DNA from: an uncultured Verrucomicrobiota bacterium
Lineage (GTDB): Bacteria > Verrucomicrobiota > Verrucomicrobiia > Limisphaerales > UBA9464
Assembly (NCBI GenBank): GCA_903922605.1
Contig: CAIXUG010000070.1
Coordinates: 22,407 to 86,406 of the forward strand
Reading direction: 5' to 3'
Length of the DNA stretch: 64,000 bases
Positions 28,678 to 37,823 of this stretch are shown here, one piece after another. Numbering within the stretch: position 1 is the stretch's first letter; the number at the start of each line of letters is the position of its first letter. The notes beneath the pieces were generated by a model. It searched no databases. It was not told the origin of the DNA and worked only from the letters and a program-made list of their open reading frames with translations. Made by a program: the position numbers and the translations under genes.

Positions 28678-28952
28678 TCTCCTGGCAGGGGGAAAACTTG
28701 GCTGGCCGACATGGCCGCTTCAAAAGATTCCTGCTCCACATCACGGCCAAAGGCCCGCCGTGCTTCTTCCGCCTTCAGCGGCGATACGGAAATTGTTTGG
28801 GGGGCTCTCGACCGGCGCAGGCGTCGCACGATCCAAGTGTCTTTGCCGCTGGATTCGATGGTGACGACCGACAAGGGCGGCAGATCCGACGGCATCGTCA
28901 GTCGGCGGCGCGCATCCAGCGTGGCAGCTTTCACGGAGTGGGTATTACCCAC
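28674..28952 (-). CDS. putative antitoxin, AbrB/MazE (SpoVT-AbrB)-like
   Basis: 92 aa (GTG start). KAATLDARRRLTMPSDL..VVTIESSGKDTWIVRR resembles the swapped-hairpin AbrB fold. Translationally coupled (ATGA) to the toxin. Confidence 0.55.
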   Translation of the reverse strand: MGNTHSVKAATLDARRRLTMPSDLPPLSVVTIESSGKDTWIVRRLRRSRAPQTISVSPLKAEEARRAFGRDVEQESFEAAMSASQVFPLPGE

Positions 28953-28974
28953 CGGCCATTTAAATGCAAGCCCC

Positions 28975-29781
28975 TCAAATGGTCTGCGCCAAAAAGCCGC
29001 CGTCCACCTTCACATCGCTGCCGGTCACAAACGAACTAGCTTTGGCGCTTGAGAGAAACACCGCTGCGCCGACCAGTTCTTCGGACTTCCCGAAACGGCC
29101 CATAGGGGTGTGGCCCCAGATCGCCTTGGTGCGCGCCGTGGGTGATCCGTCGTCGTTGAAGAGCAGTTTGCGGTTCTGCTCGGCCGGGAAGAAGCCGGGG
29201 GTGAGCGAATTCACCCGCACGCCGCGCGGGGCCCACTCGCGCGCCAGAAACTGGGTCAGGCTCAGCACCGCCGCCTTGGCCGCCGAATAGCTCACCACGC
29301 GTGACAGCGGGATGTGCGCCGACACGCTCGCAATGTTGATGATGCTGCCCCGCCCTGCCGCGCACATCACCGGGCCGAACTCCTGGCAGGGCAGCAGCAC
29401 GCCGCCCACGAGGTTCAGGTCAAAATTCCCGCGCCACGCATCCAGGGAAAGATCCTCGAACCGGTTGGTGTCCGTGACCGTGGCTTTCGGGTCATTCCCG
29501 CCGGCGGCATTGAGCAGGATCGTGGGCTGGCCAAACGCCGCCCGGATCGCCGCGTGGGCCGCCTTGAGGTCATCCCGGCTCACGGCATCGGCGGCCACGA
29601 ACAGGGCCTGACCGCCCGCCTTGCGGATGGCTGCTACCCGGGCCTCGCCGCGCTCGGCATTGCGACCAAGGACAGCCACCGCCGCGCCGGCCGCCGCCAG
29701 CCCTTCAGCCAGTGTGCCGCCCAGAACACCCGTGCCGCCAATGACCACGGCGACTTCACCCGTCAGATCGAACAAGTTCAT
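28975..29781 (-). CDS. SDR family oxidoreductase
   Basis: From ATG 29781: MNLFDLTGEVAVVIGGTGVLGG (TGxxxGxG), NAAG, catalytic YSAAK. Confidence 0.9.
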   Translation of the reverse strand: MNLFDLTGEVAVVIGGTGVLGGTLAEGLAAAGAAVAVLGRNAERGEARVAAIRKAGGQALFVAADAVSRDDLKAAHAAIRAAFGQPTILLNAAGGNDPKATVTDTNRFEDLSLDAWRGNFDLNLVGGVLLPCQEFGPVMCAAGRGSIINIASVSAHIPLSRVVSYSAAKAAVLSLTQFLAREWAPRGVRVNSLTPGFFPAEQNRKLLFNDDGSPTARTKAIWGHTPMGRFGKSEELVGAAVFLSSAKASSFVTGSDVKVDGGFLAQTI

Positions 29782-29855
29782 CGAGAAGAGGCGGAAGGCT
29801 AAGAGCGGCTCCGGGGTTGACGCAACTCCCGCATCCGCCAGCGTCTGGGTATCCG

Positions 29856-31313
29856 ATGCGCGCCCTCGTCGAAGAAGCCGCCACGCACCACACGCCCGAG
29901 TCGCTCGCGGCGGCGTTGCGCCGTGAGCCGGGGCTGGCATTGCTGCGCACCGGGTCGTTTGACGTACCCAGCGCCCGCTACTCGTTCGTCGCGGTCCGGC
30001 CGTTCCTCACATTTCGATCCTCCGGCACCGACTGCTTCACACAGTTCGCGGATGGCCGGGTCGTGGAGCAGTTCGGTAATCCCTGGCAGCACCTCGCCCC
30101 TTTGCTGGCCGCCTACGAACTGCTGGACGATCTCGACCTGCCGTTCCCGCTCGGTGGCTGCTTCGGCTACTGGGGCTACGACCTGAAGCAGTTCGTCGAG
30201 CCCCGCCTGACCCGACGCGCAGTCAACGATCTGGAGCTGCCCGACTGCCATCTTGGTTTCCACGCCAGCCTCGTGGTGTTCGATCATCTGCTGGGCAAGA
30301 CCTGGGTGGTCGCCACCGGCCTGGCGGCCGATGGCTCGCGGAATGAGGCGCGCGCGCGGGGCCAGCTCAAGTGGTGGCGTGAGCGGCTCGCCCAGGAAGA
30401 AGTTTGCGCAGAAGGACGCCACGATCCGCTGGTGCCGGCGTCCGCCAGTCAGCCGCCCGCGGTGACTTCTTCGCTCAGTCGGGCTGATTTTCTCACCGCC
30501 GTGCAACGCGCCCTGCGCTACATCCATGCGGGCGACATCTATCAGGTAAACCTGGCCCAACGGCTCAGTGCGCCCTGCCCGGTCGGCGGATGGGACTATT
30601 TCGAGCGGCTTTCCACCGTCTCCCCCGCCCCGTTTTCGGCGTTCTTTGACTGCGGGGATTTTTCCGTCGTGTCTTCCTCGCCCGAACTTTTTCTGCGACT
30701 GAGCGGCAGCCACATTCTCACGCGGCCGATCAAGGGCACGCGCCCGCGCAGCGCCGATCCCCTGCGCGACGCGCAGCTCACCTACGAGTTGCAGCGCAGC
30801 GAGAAGGAAATGGCCGAACTGGTGATGATCACCGACCTGCTCCGTAACGATCTGGGCCGCGTCTGCGAATACGGCTCGGTGCAGGTGCCCGAACTGGTCC
30901 GCCTCGAACGCTATCCCCAGGTGCAGCATCTCGTCTCAACGGTCGAGGGCCGGCTGCGCGCCGGCATCACGCATCTTGATGCGCTGGCAGCCTGCTTCCC
31001 GGGCGGCAGCATCACCGGCGCGCCGAAGATCCGCGCGATGGAGATCATTGACGAACTCGAACCGGTCGCGCGTGGCCCGTACTGCGGGTGCCACGGCTAC
31101 CTCGGTTTCAACCGCGAGAGCGAACTGAGCATCACCATCCGCACCGCCGTGGTGCGCGACGGAACGGCCTGGTTCCACGTCGGCGCCGGCATCGTCGCCG
31201 ACTCCAAGCCAGAGGCGGAATACGACGAAACCCTGGCCAAAGCCGGTGGACTGCTGGCGGCACTTGAACTTGCCTTGGAAGGAAAACCGTTTATCTCCAC
31301 TGATCTCCGCTAA
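29856..31313 (+). CDS. pabB: aminodeoxychorismate synthase component I (chorismate-binding enzyme)
   Basis: Chorismate-binding blocks ..SSPELFLR..RPIKGTRPR..EKEMAELVMITDLLRNDLGRV..GGSITGAPKIRAMEII..RGPYCG.. Assigned PabB rather than TrpE because a class-IV aminotransferase/lyase gene follows. Confidence 0.85.
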   Translation: MRALVEEAATHHTPESLAAALRREPGLALLRTGSFDVPSARYSFVAVRPFLTFRSSGTDCFTQFADGRVVEQFGNPWQHLAPLLAAYELLDDLDLPFPLGGCFGYWGYDLKQFVEPRLTRRAVNDLELPDCHLGFHASLVVFDHLLGKTWVVATGLAADGSRNEARARGQLKWWRERLAQEEVCAEGRHDPLVPASASQPPAVTSSLSRADFLTAVQRALRYIHAGDIYQVNLAQRLSAPCPVGGWDYFERLSTVSPAPFSAFFDCGDFSVVSSSPELFLRLSGSHILTRPIKGTRPRSADPLRDAQLTYELQRSEKEMAELVMITDLLRNDLGRVCEYGSVQVPELVRLERYPQVQHLVSTVEGRLRAGITHLDALAACFPGGSITGAPKIRAMEIIDELEPVARGPYCGCHGYLGFNRESELSITIRTAVVRDGTAWFHVGAGIVADSKPEAEYDETLAKAGGLLAALELALEGKPFISTDLR

Positions 31314-31392
31314 TCTGAGAAATGACCTTCGATGACCATTCCCCTTCCACCCTCTTATCAGTGAATATCAGTGCAGATCAGCGGTTGAAAAA

Positions 31393-32229
31393 ATGATCGT
31401 TTTCCTCAACGGCCAGTTCGTTCCCGAAGCGGAGGCCAAGGTCTCCGTGTTCGACCGTTCTTTTCTCTACGGGGATGGGCTGTTCGAAGCCGTGCGGATC
31501 TACACCGGCAAGTCCTTCCGCTGGCCGCAGCATCTGGAACGGTTGCACGCAGGCGCGAAGTTTCTCGGCATCCGGATTCCGTTCACCGACGCGGAACTCA
31601 CCACGGCCGCGGCGGAACTGGTGGCGCGAAACGGGCTCGCCGAAGCTACGCTGCGTCTCAACCTCTCGCGCGGGGTTGGGCCGCGCGGCTATTCTCCCAA
31701 GGGTGCGGATTCGCCGACACTCGTAATGACGTTGCATCCCGCGCCGGCCGTCTCTCCGGAGAACCCGACACGGTGGAAACTCATCACTTCGTCGTTCCGC
31801 ATTCCGGCGGGTGACCGGCTGGCCACCTTCAAGACCGCCAACAAGCTCGCGCAGGTGCTGTCCCGCGCCGAGGCGGAGGAGCGCGGTGCGGATGAGGCGC
31901 TGCTGCTGAACACCGACGGACGCTTCGCCGAGGCCGCGAGCAGCAACCTGTTCTGGATCGAAAACGGTGTCCTTTGCACCACGCCGCTCGCGGAAGGGCT
32001 CCTCGCCGGCGTGACCCGCGCCTTCGTGCTGGAACTCGCCGGCCAGCTCGGCCTGCCGACAGCGGAGCGGAGCTGCCGGCTCTGGCAGCTGCAGCGGGCC
32101 GAAGGGGTTTTCCTCACCACGAGCACACTGGAGATCGTCCCGGCCATCGCGCTGGATGGCTCGCCCTTGCGGGAATCGCGCCTCACCCGGGAATTGCACC
32201 TCGCCTATCGCCGGCAGGTGGCATCCTAG
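31393..32229 (+). CDS. pabC: aminodeoxychorismate lyase / class-IV aminotransferase
   Basis: 278 aa. ..FDRSFLYGDGLFE..FKTANKL..EALLLNTDGRFAEAASSNLF..GVTR.. fold-type IV PLP motifs. Context next to pabB. Confidence 0.8.
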   Translation: MIVFLNGQFVPEAEAKVSVFDRSFLYGDGLFEAVRIYTGKSFRWPQHLERLHAGAKFLGIRIPFTDAELTTAAAELVARNGLAEATLRLNLSRGVGPRGYSPKGADSPTLVMTLHPAPAVSPENPTRWKLITSSFRIPAGDRLATFKTANKLAQVLSRAEAEERGADEALLLNTDGRFAEAASSNLFWIENGVLCTTPLAEGLLAGVTRAFVLELAGQLGLPTAERSCRLWQLQRAEGVFLTTSTLEIVPAIALDGSPLRESRLTRELHLAYRRQVAS

Positions 32230-32284
32230 TTCGACGACAATTCCGCCTGTCACGACCCCGTCCTCCCGCTAGATTCGTCGCCAC

Positions 32285-34471
32285 ATGGACTGGCTAGCCG
32301 CCCTTGATCTCTCCGTTTTCCGCTTCATCAACCAGACGTTGGCGAATCCGGTGTTCGACGTGCTCATGCGGTTCCTCAGCGGCAACAGCTATTCACTGCC
32401 GCTGATCATCGGTCTCGCCATCTGGCTGCTCACCCGTTGCGGAGCCAAGGGACGCTGCTTTGTCGTCGTGCTCGCGCTGTCGCTGTGGCTCGGGGACAGC
32501 CTGTTGTTCAACCCGGTTAAGAAGGCGGTCGCCCGGCCACGGCCTTACGTCACCCACCCCGAAACGAACCGCCGCGTGGGTGCGGGCGGGGACCGGAAGT
32601 CCTTTCCCAGCGGGCACTCGGCCAACAGCGCCTGTGCGGCCACCGTGGCGATCCTGTTCTGGCGGCGAAGCTGGCGCTTCATGGTGCCGCTCGCGGTGTT
32701 TGTCGGCGTGTCACGCTGCTACAATGGAGTGCATTATCCCTCGGACGTATTGGGAGGCTGGGCCTTCGGGGCGTTCGCCGGATTGGTTGGAACTTATCTC
32801 GTGGATGCCGTCTGGGGCGTGGTGGGGCGGCGTTATTTCCCGCTGTGGTACGCCCGCCTGCCTTCGCTACGCTGTGAACCAACCCCGGACAATCCGATGG
32901 ACGCTGAGGCCACGCAATCGCACTGGCTGCGCGCCGGTTATGCGCTGATCGGCGTGCTGCTGCTGGTCCGGCTGTTCTATCTTCGCGCCGGCATCATTGA
33001 GCTCAGCGAGGACGAGGCGTACCAATGGCTCTGGTCGAAGCACCTGGCGCTGTCGTACTACTCGAAGCCTCCGGGCATTGCGCTGGCGCAGTGGGTCGGC
33101 ACCCACCTCTTCGGCGACACCGAACTGGGTGCGCGGTTCCTGTCCCCGGTCATTGCCGCCGTGCTCGGGGTGATGATGCTGCGCTTTGTCAGCCGCTACG
33201 CCAACGCCAAGACCGGCTTTCTGTTCCTCCTCGCAGTGACAGCCACCCCGCTGCTGAGCGTGGGCAGCATCCTGATCACCATCGACCCGCTGCTGGTGCT
33301 CTGCTGGACGGCGGCGCTGATGAGTGGCTGGCGAGCGATCACCGAGGATTCGACCCGGCAATGGCTGATCACCGGGCTCTGGTGGGGCGGGGCCTTTCTG
33401 AGCAAATACAGTTCGCCGTTCCTGTGGGCCTCGTTTGGCATCTTCTTCCTGCTCTGGCCACCGGCCCGCGCGCAGTTGCGGCGGCCCGGACCGTGGCTGG
33501 CCCTGCTGGTTAATCTGGTTTGCACGCTGCCGGTCATCGTCTGGAATGCGCAGCACGACTGGATCACCGTGCACCATGTGAGCGAGCGAGGGGGGCTGAG
33601 CACGGCCTGGCAGCCCACGGACCGCTTCTTCTGGGATTTCCTCTACACGGTGCCCGCCTTGCTGAATCCGTTCCTGTTCATCGCGATCGTCTGGACGGCG
33701 GTTGCTTTCTGGCGTGATCCGGCCATGAAGGCCACGGGCAGCAAGCGGCTTCCGACCGGAGGCAATCCGCCGGAAATGCTGCTGCGCTACCTCTTCTGCC
33801 TCGGCGCTCCGGTGTTCCTGTTTTACTTCGCCTACACGCTGCGCGCCCGCGTGCAGCCGAACTGGATCGCCCCGGCGGCGGCACCGCTGCTGATGCTGGC
33901 CGCGCTGTATTGGCACGTTCACCGCGACTCAAAAACCGGACGCTGGCTGCTGGGGCTTGGGCTGGGCGTCGGGCTTCCGGTCGTGGTGCTGCTGCATGAA
34001 ACCAAACTGGTCAGCAAGATCAGCGGGTGGTCGTTGCCCATCAGCATGGACCCGCTCAATCGCGTGCGCGGCTATCGCAAACTCGCAACCGTGGTCGGTG
34101 AACAGCGCACCGCCCTCGAAATGGCCGATAGGCATCCCACGTTTATCATCGCCGACCACTATGGCCGCGCGGGCCTGCTCAGCTTTTACCTACCGGAAGC
34201 CAAGGCCACCGTGGGCAGCAGCCGTCCGCTCGTCACGGTCCGGTCCAGCGATGTGCCGGAGAACCAGCTCTGGTTCTGGCCTGAGTACCGCTACGACCAG
34301 CGCCACGGCGAGAACGCCATCTACGTCCTGGGGACTGAAACCGAGGCCGCCATCCCGCCACGGCTGCTGACCGAGTTCGCCAGCGTGAAGAGCCTGGGTC
34401 TGTTCAAGGTGGAAGATCCCGGCCGGGCCTCGCATCAGATCCAACTCTTTGCCTGCCGTGGAAAGCTCTGA
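32285..34471 (+). CDS. fusion protein: N-terminal PAP2 phosphatase domain + GT39/ArnT-like glycosyltransferase (PMT_2)
   Basis: PAP2 motifs KKAVARPRP..SFPSGHS..SRCYNGVHYPSDV in residues ~70-160. Then a multi-TM region with ELSEDEAYQW (DE motif of ArnT/PMT-type GT-C enzymes) and YYSKPPG. Confidence 0.85.
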   Translation: MDWLAALDLSVFRFINQTLANPVFDVLMRFLSGNSYSLPLIIGLAIWLLTRCGAKGRCFVVVLALSLWLGDSLLFNPVKKAVARPRPYVTHPETNRRVGAGGDRKSFPSGHSANSACAATVAILFWRRSWRFMVPLAVFVGVSRCYNGVHYPSDVLGGWAFGAFAGLVGTYLVDAVWGVVGRRYFPLWYARLPSLRCEPTPDNPMDAEATQSHWLRAGYALIGVLLLVRLFYLRAGIIELSEDEAYQWLWSKHLALSYYSKPPGIALAQWVGTHLFGDTELGARFLSPVIAAVLGVMMLRFVSRYANAKTGFLFLLAVTATPLLSVGSILITIDPLLVLCWTAALMSGWRAITEDSTRQWLITGLWWGGAFLSKYSSPFLWASFGIFFLLWPPARAQLRRPGPWLALLVNLVCTLPVIVWNAQHDWITVHHVSERGGLSTAWQPTDRFFWDFLYTVPALLNPFLFIAIVWTAVAFWRDPAMKATGSKRLPTGGNPPEMLLRYLFCLGAPVFLFYFAYTLRARVQPNWIAPAAAPLLMLAALYWHVHRDSKTGRWLLGLGLGVGLPVVVLLHETKLVSKISGWSLPISMDPLNRVRGYRKLATVVGEQRTALEMADRHPTFIIADHYGRAGLLSFYLPEAKATVGSSRPLVTVRSSDVPENQLWFWPEYRYDQRHGENAIYVLGTETEAAIPPRLLTEFASVKSLGLFKVEDPGRASHQIQLFACRGKL

Positions 34472-35360
34472 GTTTCACGCCGAGTTCCCCCTGCGGGACT
34501 ACGACCTCGTCACGACCCTGACGAGCGGTCAGGCCTTCCGCTGGAAGCAGATCGGCGACGGCCACGAAGGCGTCATCGGGCATCGCTGGGTGCGCCTGCA
34601 CGTCCGGGAAAATCGTCTCCACGCCATGACGACCGCGCGGGTGGACGACTGGGGCTGGCTTACCGACTACCTGCAGCTGACGGTGGATTTGCCTGCTGTC
34701 CTCGGCAGCTTTCCCGACGATGCGCCCCTGCGCGCGGCCACCACAGCGTGCCCGGGACTCCGCCTGCTGCGGCAGGATCAGTGGGAATGCCTCGCGAGCT
34801 TCATCCTCAGCTCGACCAAGCAGATCGTGCAGATCCAGCAATGCGTCGCGCTGCTGTGCGAACGGTTTGGGGAAGTAATCACCGGCCTGGAGGGGAAGAC
34901 GCACTTCGCCTTCCCCACTTACCATCGGCTGGCGGCCGCCTCGGAAGCCGAACTGCGTGCCTGCAAGCTCGGCTTTCGCGCCAAGTACCTCCGGGGCACC
35001 GCGCAAATGCTGGTCGCCCGGGAAGTCGAGCTGACCGACCTCGCCGGGCTGACCACCGACGACGCCCGTGCCGGCCTGATGCGCTTTCCCGGTGTCGGCC
35101 GCAAGATCGCCGACTGCGTGCTGCTCTTCGCCTACGGCCGGCAGGATGCCTTTCCGGTGGATGTGTGGGTGCTGAAGGCGCTACGCACCCTGTATTTCCC
35201 GAAGCGCCAGCCCACTTCGAAACGGCTGATGCATTTCGCCGCGACGTACTTCGGCCCCAATGCGGGATACGCCCAGCAGTACCTATTCCACTACGTGCGC
35301 ACCCAAGTGCCCGAAATGCGGACCCGGCGGCGCAAGCAAAAGTCACGACAAGCGAAGTAG
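34449..35360 (+). CDS. ogg: 8-oxoguanine DNA glycosylase (OGG1-type, HhH-GPD)
   Basis: ..GQAFRW..LRLLRQDQWECLASFILSSTKQI..FPGVGRKIADCVLLFAYG..FPVDVW. Start uncertain (TTG 34449 or GTG 34458). Overlaps the end of the preceding gene. Confidence 0.88.
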   Translation: MPAVESSEFHAEFPLRDYDLVTTLTSGQAFRWKQIGDGHEGVIGHRWVRLHVRENRLHAMTTARVDDWGWLTDYLQLTVDLPAVLGSFPDDAPLRAATTACPGLRLLRQDQWECLASFILSSTKQIVQIQQCVALLCERFGEVITGLEGKTHFAFPTYHRLAAASEAELRACKLGFRAKYLRGTAQMLVAREVELTDLAGLTTDDARAGLMRFPGVGRKIADCVLLFAYGRQDAFPVDVWVLKALRTLYFPKRQPTSKRLMHFAATYFGPNAGYAQQYLFHYVRTQVPEMRTRRRKQKSRQAK

Positions 35361-35474
35361 GCCGGGCTGCCAGCCCGGCAAGTATGGCAGGCCGCTGGCC
35401 CGCCGAAAACGTTCCTGCCATGCTCGGCGGGCTGGCAGCCCGCCATACGATGCCGGGCCAGCGGCCCGGCCTAC
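35357..35474. repeat. 118-bp four-hairpin palindromic element, copy 2
   Basis: Perfect 11-bp termini GTAGGCCGGGC / GCCCGGCCTAC. Hairpins gccgggc-tgcca-gcccggc, ggcaggc-cgctg-gcccgcc, ggcgggc-tggca-gcccgcc, gccgggc-cagcg-gcccggc. Starts within the ogg stop codon. Confidence 0.8.
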
Positions 35475-35524
35475 TCTGGCGGCCAGCTTGCCTCGACGAG
35501 GCCGCATCCCCTTCACTCCCCGCC

Positions 35525-36280
35525 ATGCGCTCGCTTGATGTGATACTGACTCCGGCAGAATACGCCGCCCTCGCGGGTCGTGACCTGTCGGCGACGACCT
35601 GCGTCGTCTTCGACGTGTTGCGGGCGACCTCGACGATGCTCCAGGCCCTCTCCGTCGGTGCCACCGCTATCTATCCGGTGAACGACATTCCCGAGGCCCT
35701 GGCCCGGCGGGCCCGGTCGCCCGGCACCTTGCTCGCGGGCGAACGCCACGGCCTGCGCATACGGGCTGCCCAAACGGGCGGAACCGATTTTGATTTCGGC
35801 AATTCACCACGCGAATTCACGCCGGAACGAGTCGCCGGCCGCGAGATCGCGATGACGACCACCAATGGCACGCTCGCCCTCCACGCCTGCGCACACGCCC
35901 GTCACGTGCTCGTGGCCTCCTTCGCGAATCTCGCCGCCACGGCAGATTGGCTCCGCCAAAATGTGTCCGGCCATGTGCTGCTCGTCTGCGCTGGCACCGG
36001 TGCTCAAGCTGCCTATGAGGACACTTTGGGTGCGGGCGCACTGGCGGATCGCATCTGGCCGTTGGCGGAGAATGGGGAGATTGGTGATGCCGCCCAGATT
36101 GCGCGTCAGCTCTTCCGAACGTCCCGGCACAATCTGACATCGGCCGTCCAGCATGCGGCCAATGGTCGCCGACTGCTCAGCATTCCGGAATTGGCCGAAG
36201 ATGTTCCGCTCTGTTTGGCTCCCGACCGTTTCAATTTCATCGCGCGGATGGGCAGCGATGGCGCGGTGCGCCGGGGCTGA
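35525..36280 (+). CDS. 2-phosphosulfolactate phosphatase (ComB) family protein
   Basis: From ATG 35525 (in frame within ORF 34748..36280): MRSLDVILTPAEY..VVFDVLRATSTM..GERHG..FGNSP..TTTNGT are ComB-family blocks. Confidence 0.8.
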   Translation: MRSLDVILTPAEYAALAGRDLSATTCVVFDVLRATSTMLQALSVGATAIYPVNDIPEALARRARSPGTLLAGERHGLRIRAAQTGGTDFDFGNSPREFTPERVAGREIAMTTTNGTLALHACAHARHVLVASFANLAATADWLRQNVSGHVLLVCAGTGAQAAYEDTLGAGALADRIWPLAENGEIGDAAQIARQLFRTSRHNLTSAVQHAANGRRLLSIPELAEDVPLCLAPDRFNFIARMGSDGAVRRG

Positions 36281-36300
36281 GCGGAAACCGAAAGCAACTG

Positions 36301-37278
36301 CTACACGGAGGGAATCCGGGGCAGCACCCTCTGTCGTCGGTTCATTTCCTCCAGGCGGGCGTACCGTTGGGGAAACGTGGACGGCTCATCACTGAAGCGT
36401 TCCAAATCCCAGAGATCGGCAAACAGGCGGCCCCGGCCCTGGACCTGCGCAAAGGCCGCATCCACCGCCTGCTCATACAGCGAAAGCGCGGGCGGCGCGA
36501 AATCACCGGAACGGGCGAGCGCCTCCAACGCGCCGTTCCCCAGCCGGGTCGGAATCAGCGACACCACGTTCGCACCGCTCGCGAAGGCGAATTCCACCGA
36601 GCGTACCGCCCATTCCAAAGCGGACGCGTCGTTGAGAAAGGGCGGCTTTACCAACAAAAACACACGGAGATCGATGCCGTGCGTTCGTAGGAAAGTGGCG
36701 GCCCGGGCAAAATCCTCGGACGTCATCCGTTTGTTGAGCTTCGCCAGCACGTCGGGATGGGCCGTCTCCAAGCCCATCGCGATTTCCAGCCGGGTAGTTT
36801 CCAACTGATCCCGGAAGCGCAGGATGCGTTCGCCCACCAGCGATGGATGGCATTCGACTACCAAGCGCGAAAAATTCCGGCATCGGTCAGCGATGGCCGG
36901 GTGATCCGCCGTCGGGATGGCCCCGGCATCGAAGAAGCTGCCCGCGTTGTAGAGCTTGAGCTGATCGAATGCCCCCTCCGCAGCAGTCAGGGCCGAGTCT
37001 ATCTGTCGCGGAATCGCCCCGACCGGGACGGAGTGCAAAGTCGTGTGCTGCCACAGATCGCACATCAGACAGCGCCAGGGGCACTCGCGATTCGTGAGGA
37101 AAACCGTCAGCGAGCGCTGGAGATTGCCGCGCTCATCGGGTTCCTCCTCGATCAGGGTCCCGGCGGGACGGTCTAAAAGGAGGGCGGCACGCTGCGGATC
37201 GAGGTTTGGACGATGCCCCATGATCCAGGCGTCGCGTTCCCCGGGAGTGGCGGGGTAGCTGGCGGGAGGGGCGTGCAT
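36301..37278 (-). CDS. radical SAM protein, function unknown
   Basis: CPWRCLMCDLW (CxxxCxxC) cluster motif near the N-terminus, TIM-barrel-like remainder. ATG 37278 preferred because the longer ORF start lies inside a heptamer repeat. Confidence 0.8.
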   Translation of the reverse strand: MHAPPASYPATPGERDAWIMGHRPNLDPQRAALLLDRPAGTLIEEEPDERGNLQRSLTVFLTNRECPWRCLMCDLWQHTTLHSVPVGAIPRQIDSALTAAEGAFDQLKLYNAGSFFDAGAIPTADHPAIADRCRNFSRLVVECHPSLVGERILRFRDQLETTRLEIAMGLETAHPDVLAKLNKRMTSEDFARAATFLRTHGIDLRVFLLVKPPFLNDASALEWAVRSVEFAFASGANVVSLIPTRLGNGALEALARSGDFAPPALSLYEQAVDAAFAQVQGRGRLFADLWDLERFSDEPSTFPQRYARLEEMNRRQRVLPRIPSV

Positions 37279-37292
37279 GACGGGGCGCGGTT

Positions 37293-37334
37293 TTGAACGT
37301 TGAACGTCCAACGTCCAACGTTCAACGGTCAAAG
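37293..37334. repeat. 7-nt-period tandem repeat (TTGAACG/TCCAACG family x6)
   Basis: TTGAACG TTGAACG TCCAACG TCCAACG TTCAACG GTCAAAG. Confidence 0.8.
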
Positions 37335-37384
37335 GCGGAATGCGTACGCTGCGGGTATTCGTTCCGTCGCCTGACGCTTCGCTC

Positions 37385-37472
37385 GGGGACGGCGCGGCGC
37401 GCCATCCCTACCGGTTCGCGGTCGCGGCCATCGGTTGCAGCGGATTGATCCGTGCCATCCGTGTGATCCGTG
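37385..37472. repeat. cluster of short repeats: GGGACGGCGC..CCCTACCGG hairpin plus 9-nt tandem repeat (YRATCCGTG x3)
   Basis: 37385-37414 GGGGACGGCGCGGCGCGCCATCCCTACCGG (same family as 7648-7835). 37446-37472 TGATCCGTG CCATCCGTG TGATCCGTG. Confidence 0.65.
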
Positions 37473-37475
37473 GTT

Positions 37476-37511
37476 CAAAACAAAAAAGGCGCGTGGAAAA
37501 TTCCACGCGCC
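37476..37511 (-). terminator. intrinsic terminator immediately after rplW
   Basis: Minus strand: GGCGCGTGGA-attt-TCCACGCGCC followed by TTTTTTGTTTTG. Confidence 0.85.
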
Positions 37512-37530
37512 CTGAAAATAACCGCCGAAC

Positions 37531-37818
37531 TCAGTTCAGCGAGATCTTGTCGCCCTTCTTGAGGGTGACGATGGCCTTCTTCCAGTCGCTGGTGCGACCG
37601 GCGGCCTTGGTGAACTGGCGGCGGACCTTGCCGCGGACATTCATGGTGTTGACCTTGACGACCTTGACCTTGAACAGCTCTTCGACCGCCGCCTTGATCT
37701 CCGGCGCGGTGGCGCGGGGATCGGTGGCGAGGGTGTACTTGTTGAACTTCTCGGTCTGAAGGTTGGCCTTCTCCGTGATCTTGACCGTCTTGATGATGTC
37801 AAAAGGGGTGAGCTTCAT
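37531..37818 (-). CDS. rplW: 50S ribosomal protein L23
   Basis: 95 aa, ..ITEKA..NKYTLATDPRATAPEIKAAVEELFKVKVVKVNTMN.. Confidence 0.96.
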   Translation of the reverse strand: MKLTPFDIIKTVKITEKANLQTEKFNKYTLATDPRATAPEIKAAVEELFKVKVVKVNTMNVRGKVRRQFTKAAGRTSDWKKAIVTLKKGDKISLN

Positions 37819-37823
37819 AAGCT

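Noticed and set aside
29799-30929. 376-aa minus-strand ORF
   Set aside because: It is antisense to pabB. The same reasoning applies to 16288..17514 (antisense to the PQQ-propeller gene), 11583..12929 (antisense to DUF885), 32867..33922 (antisense to PAP2-GT39), 9138..10034 and 8842..9636 (antisense to dnaX), and 24247..25134 (antisense to Gfo/Idh/MocA).
34748-35524. First 259 codons of the 510-aa ORF 34748..36280
   Set aside because: This part overlaps ogg in another frame and reads through the 118-bp repeat element. Only the ComB-like part from ATG 35525 has family motifs.
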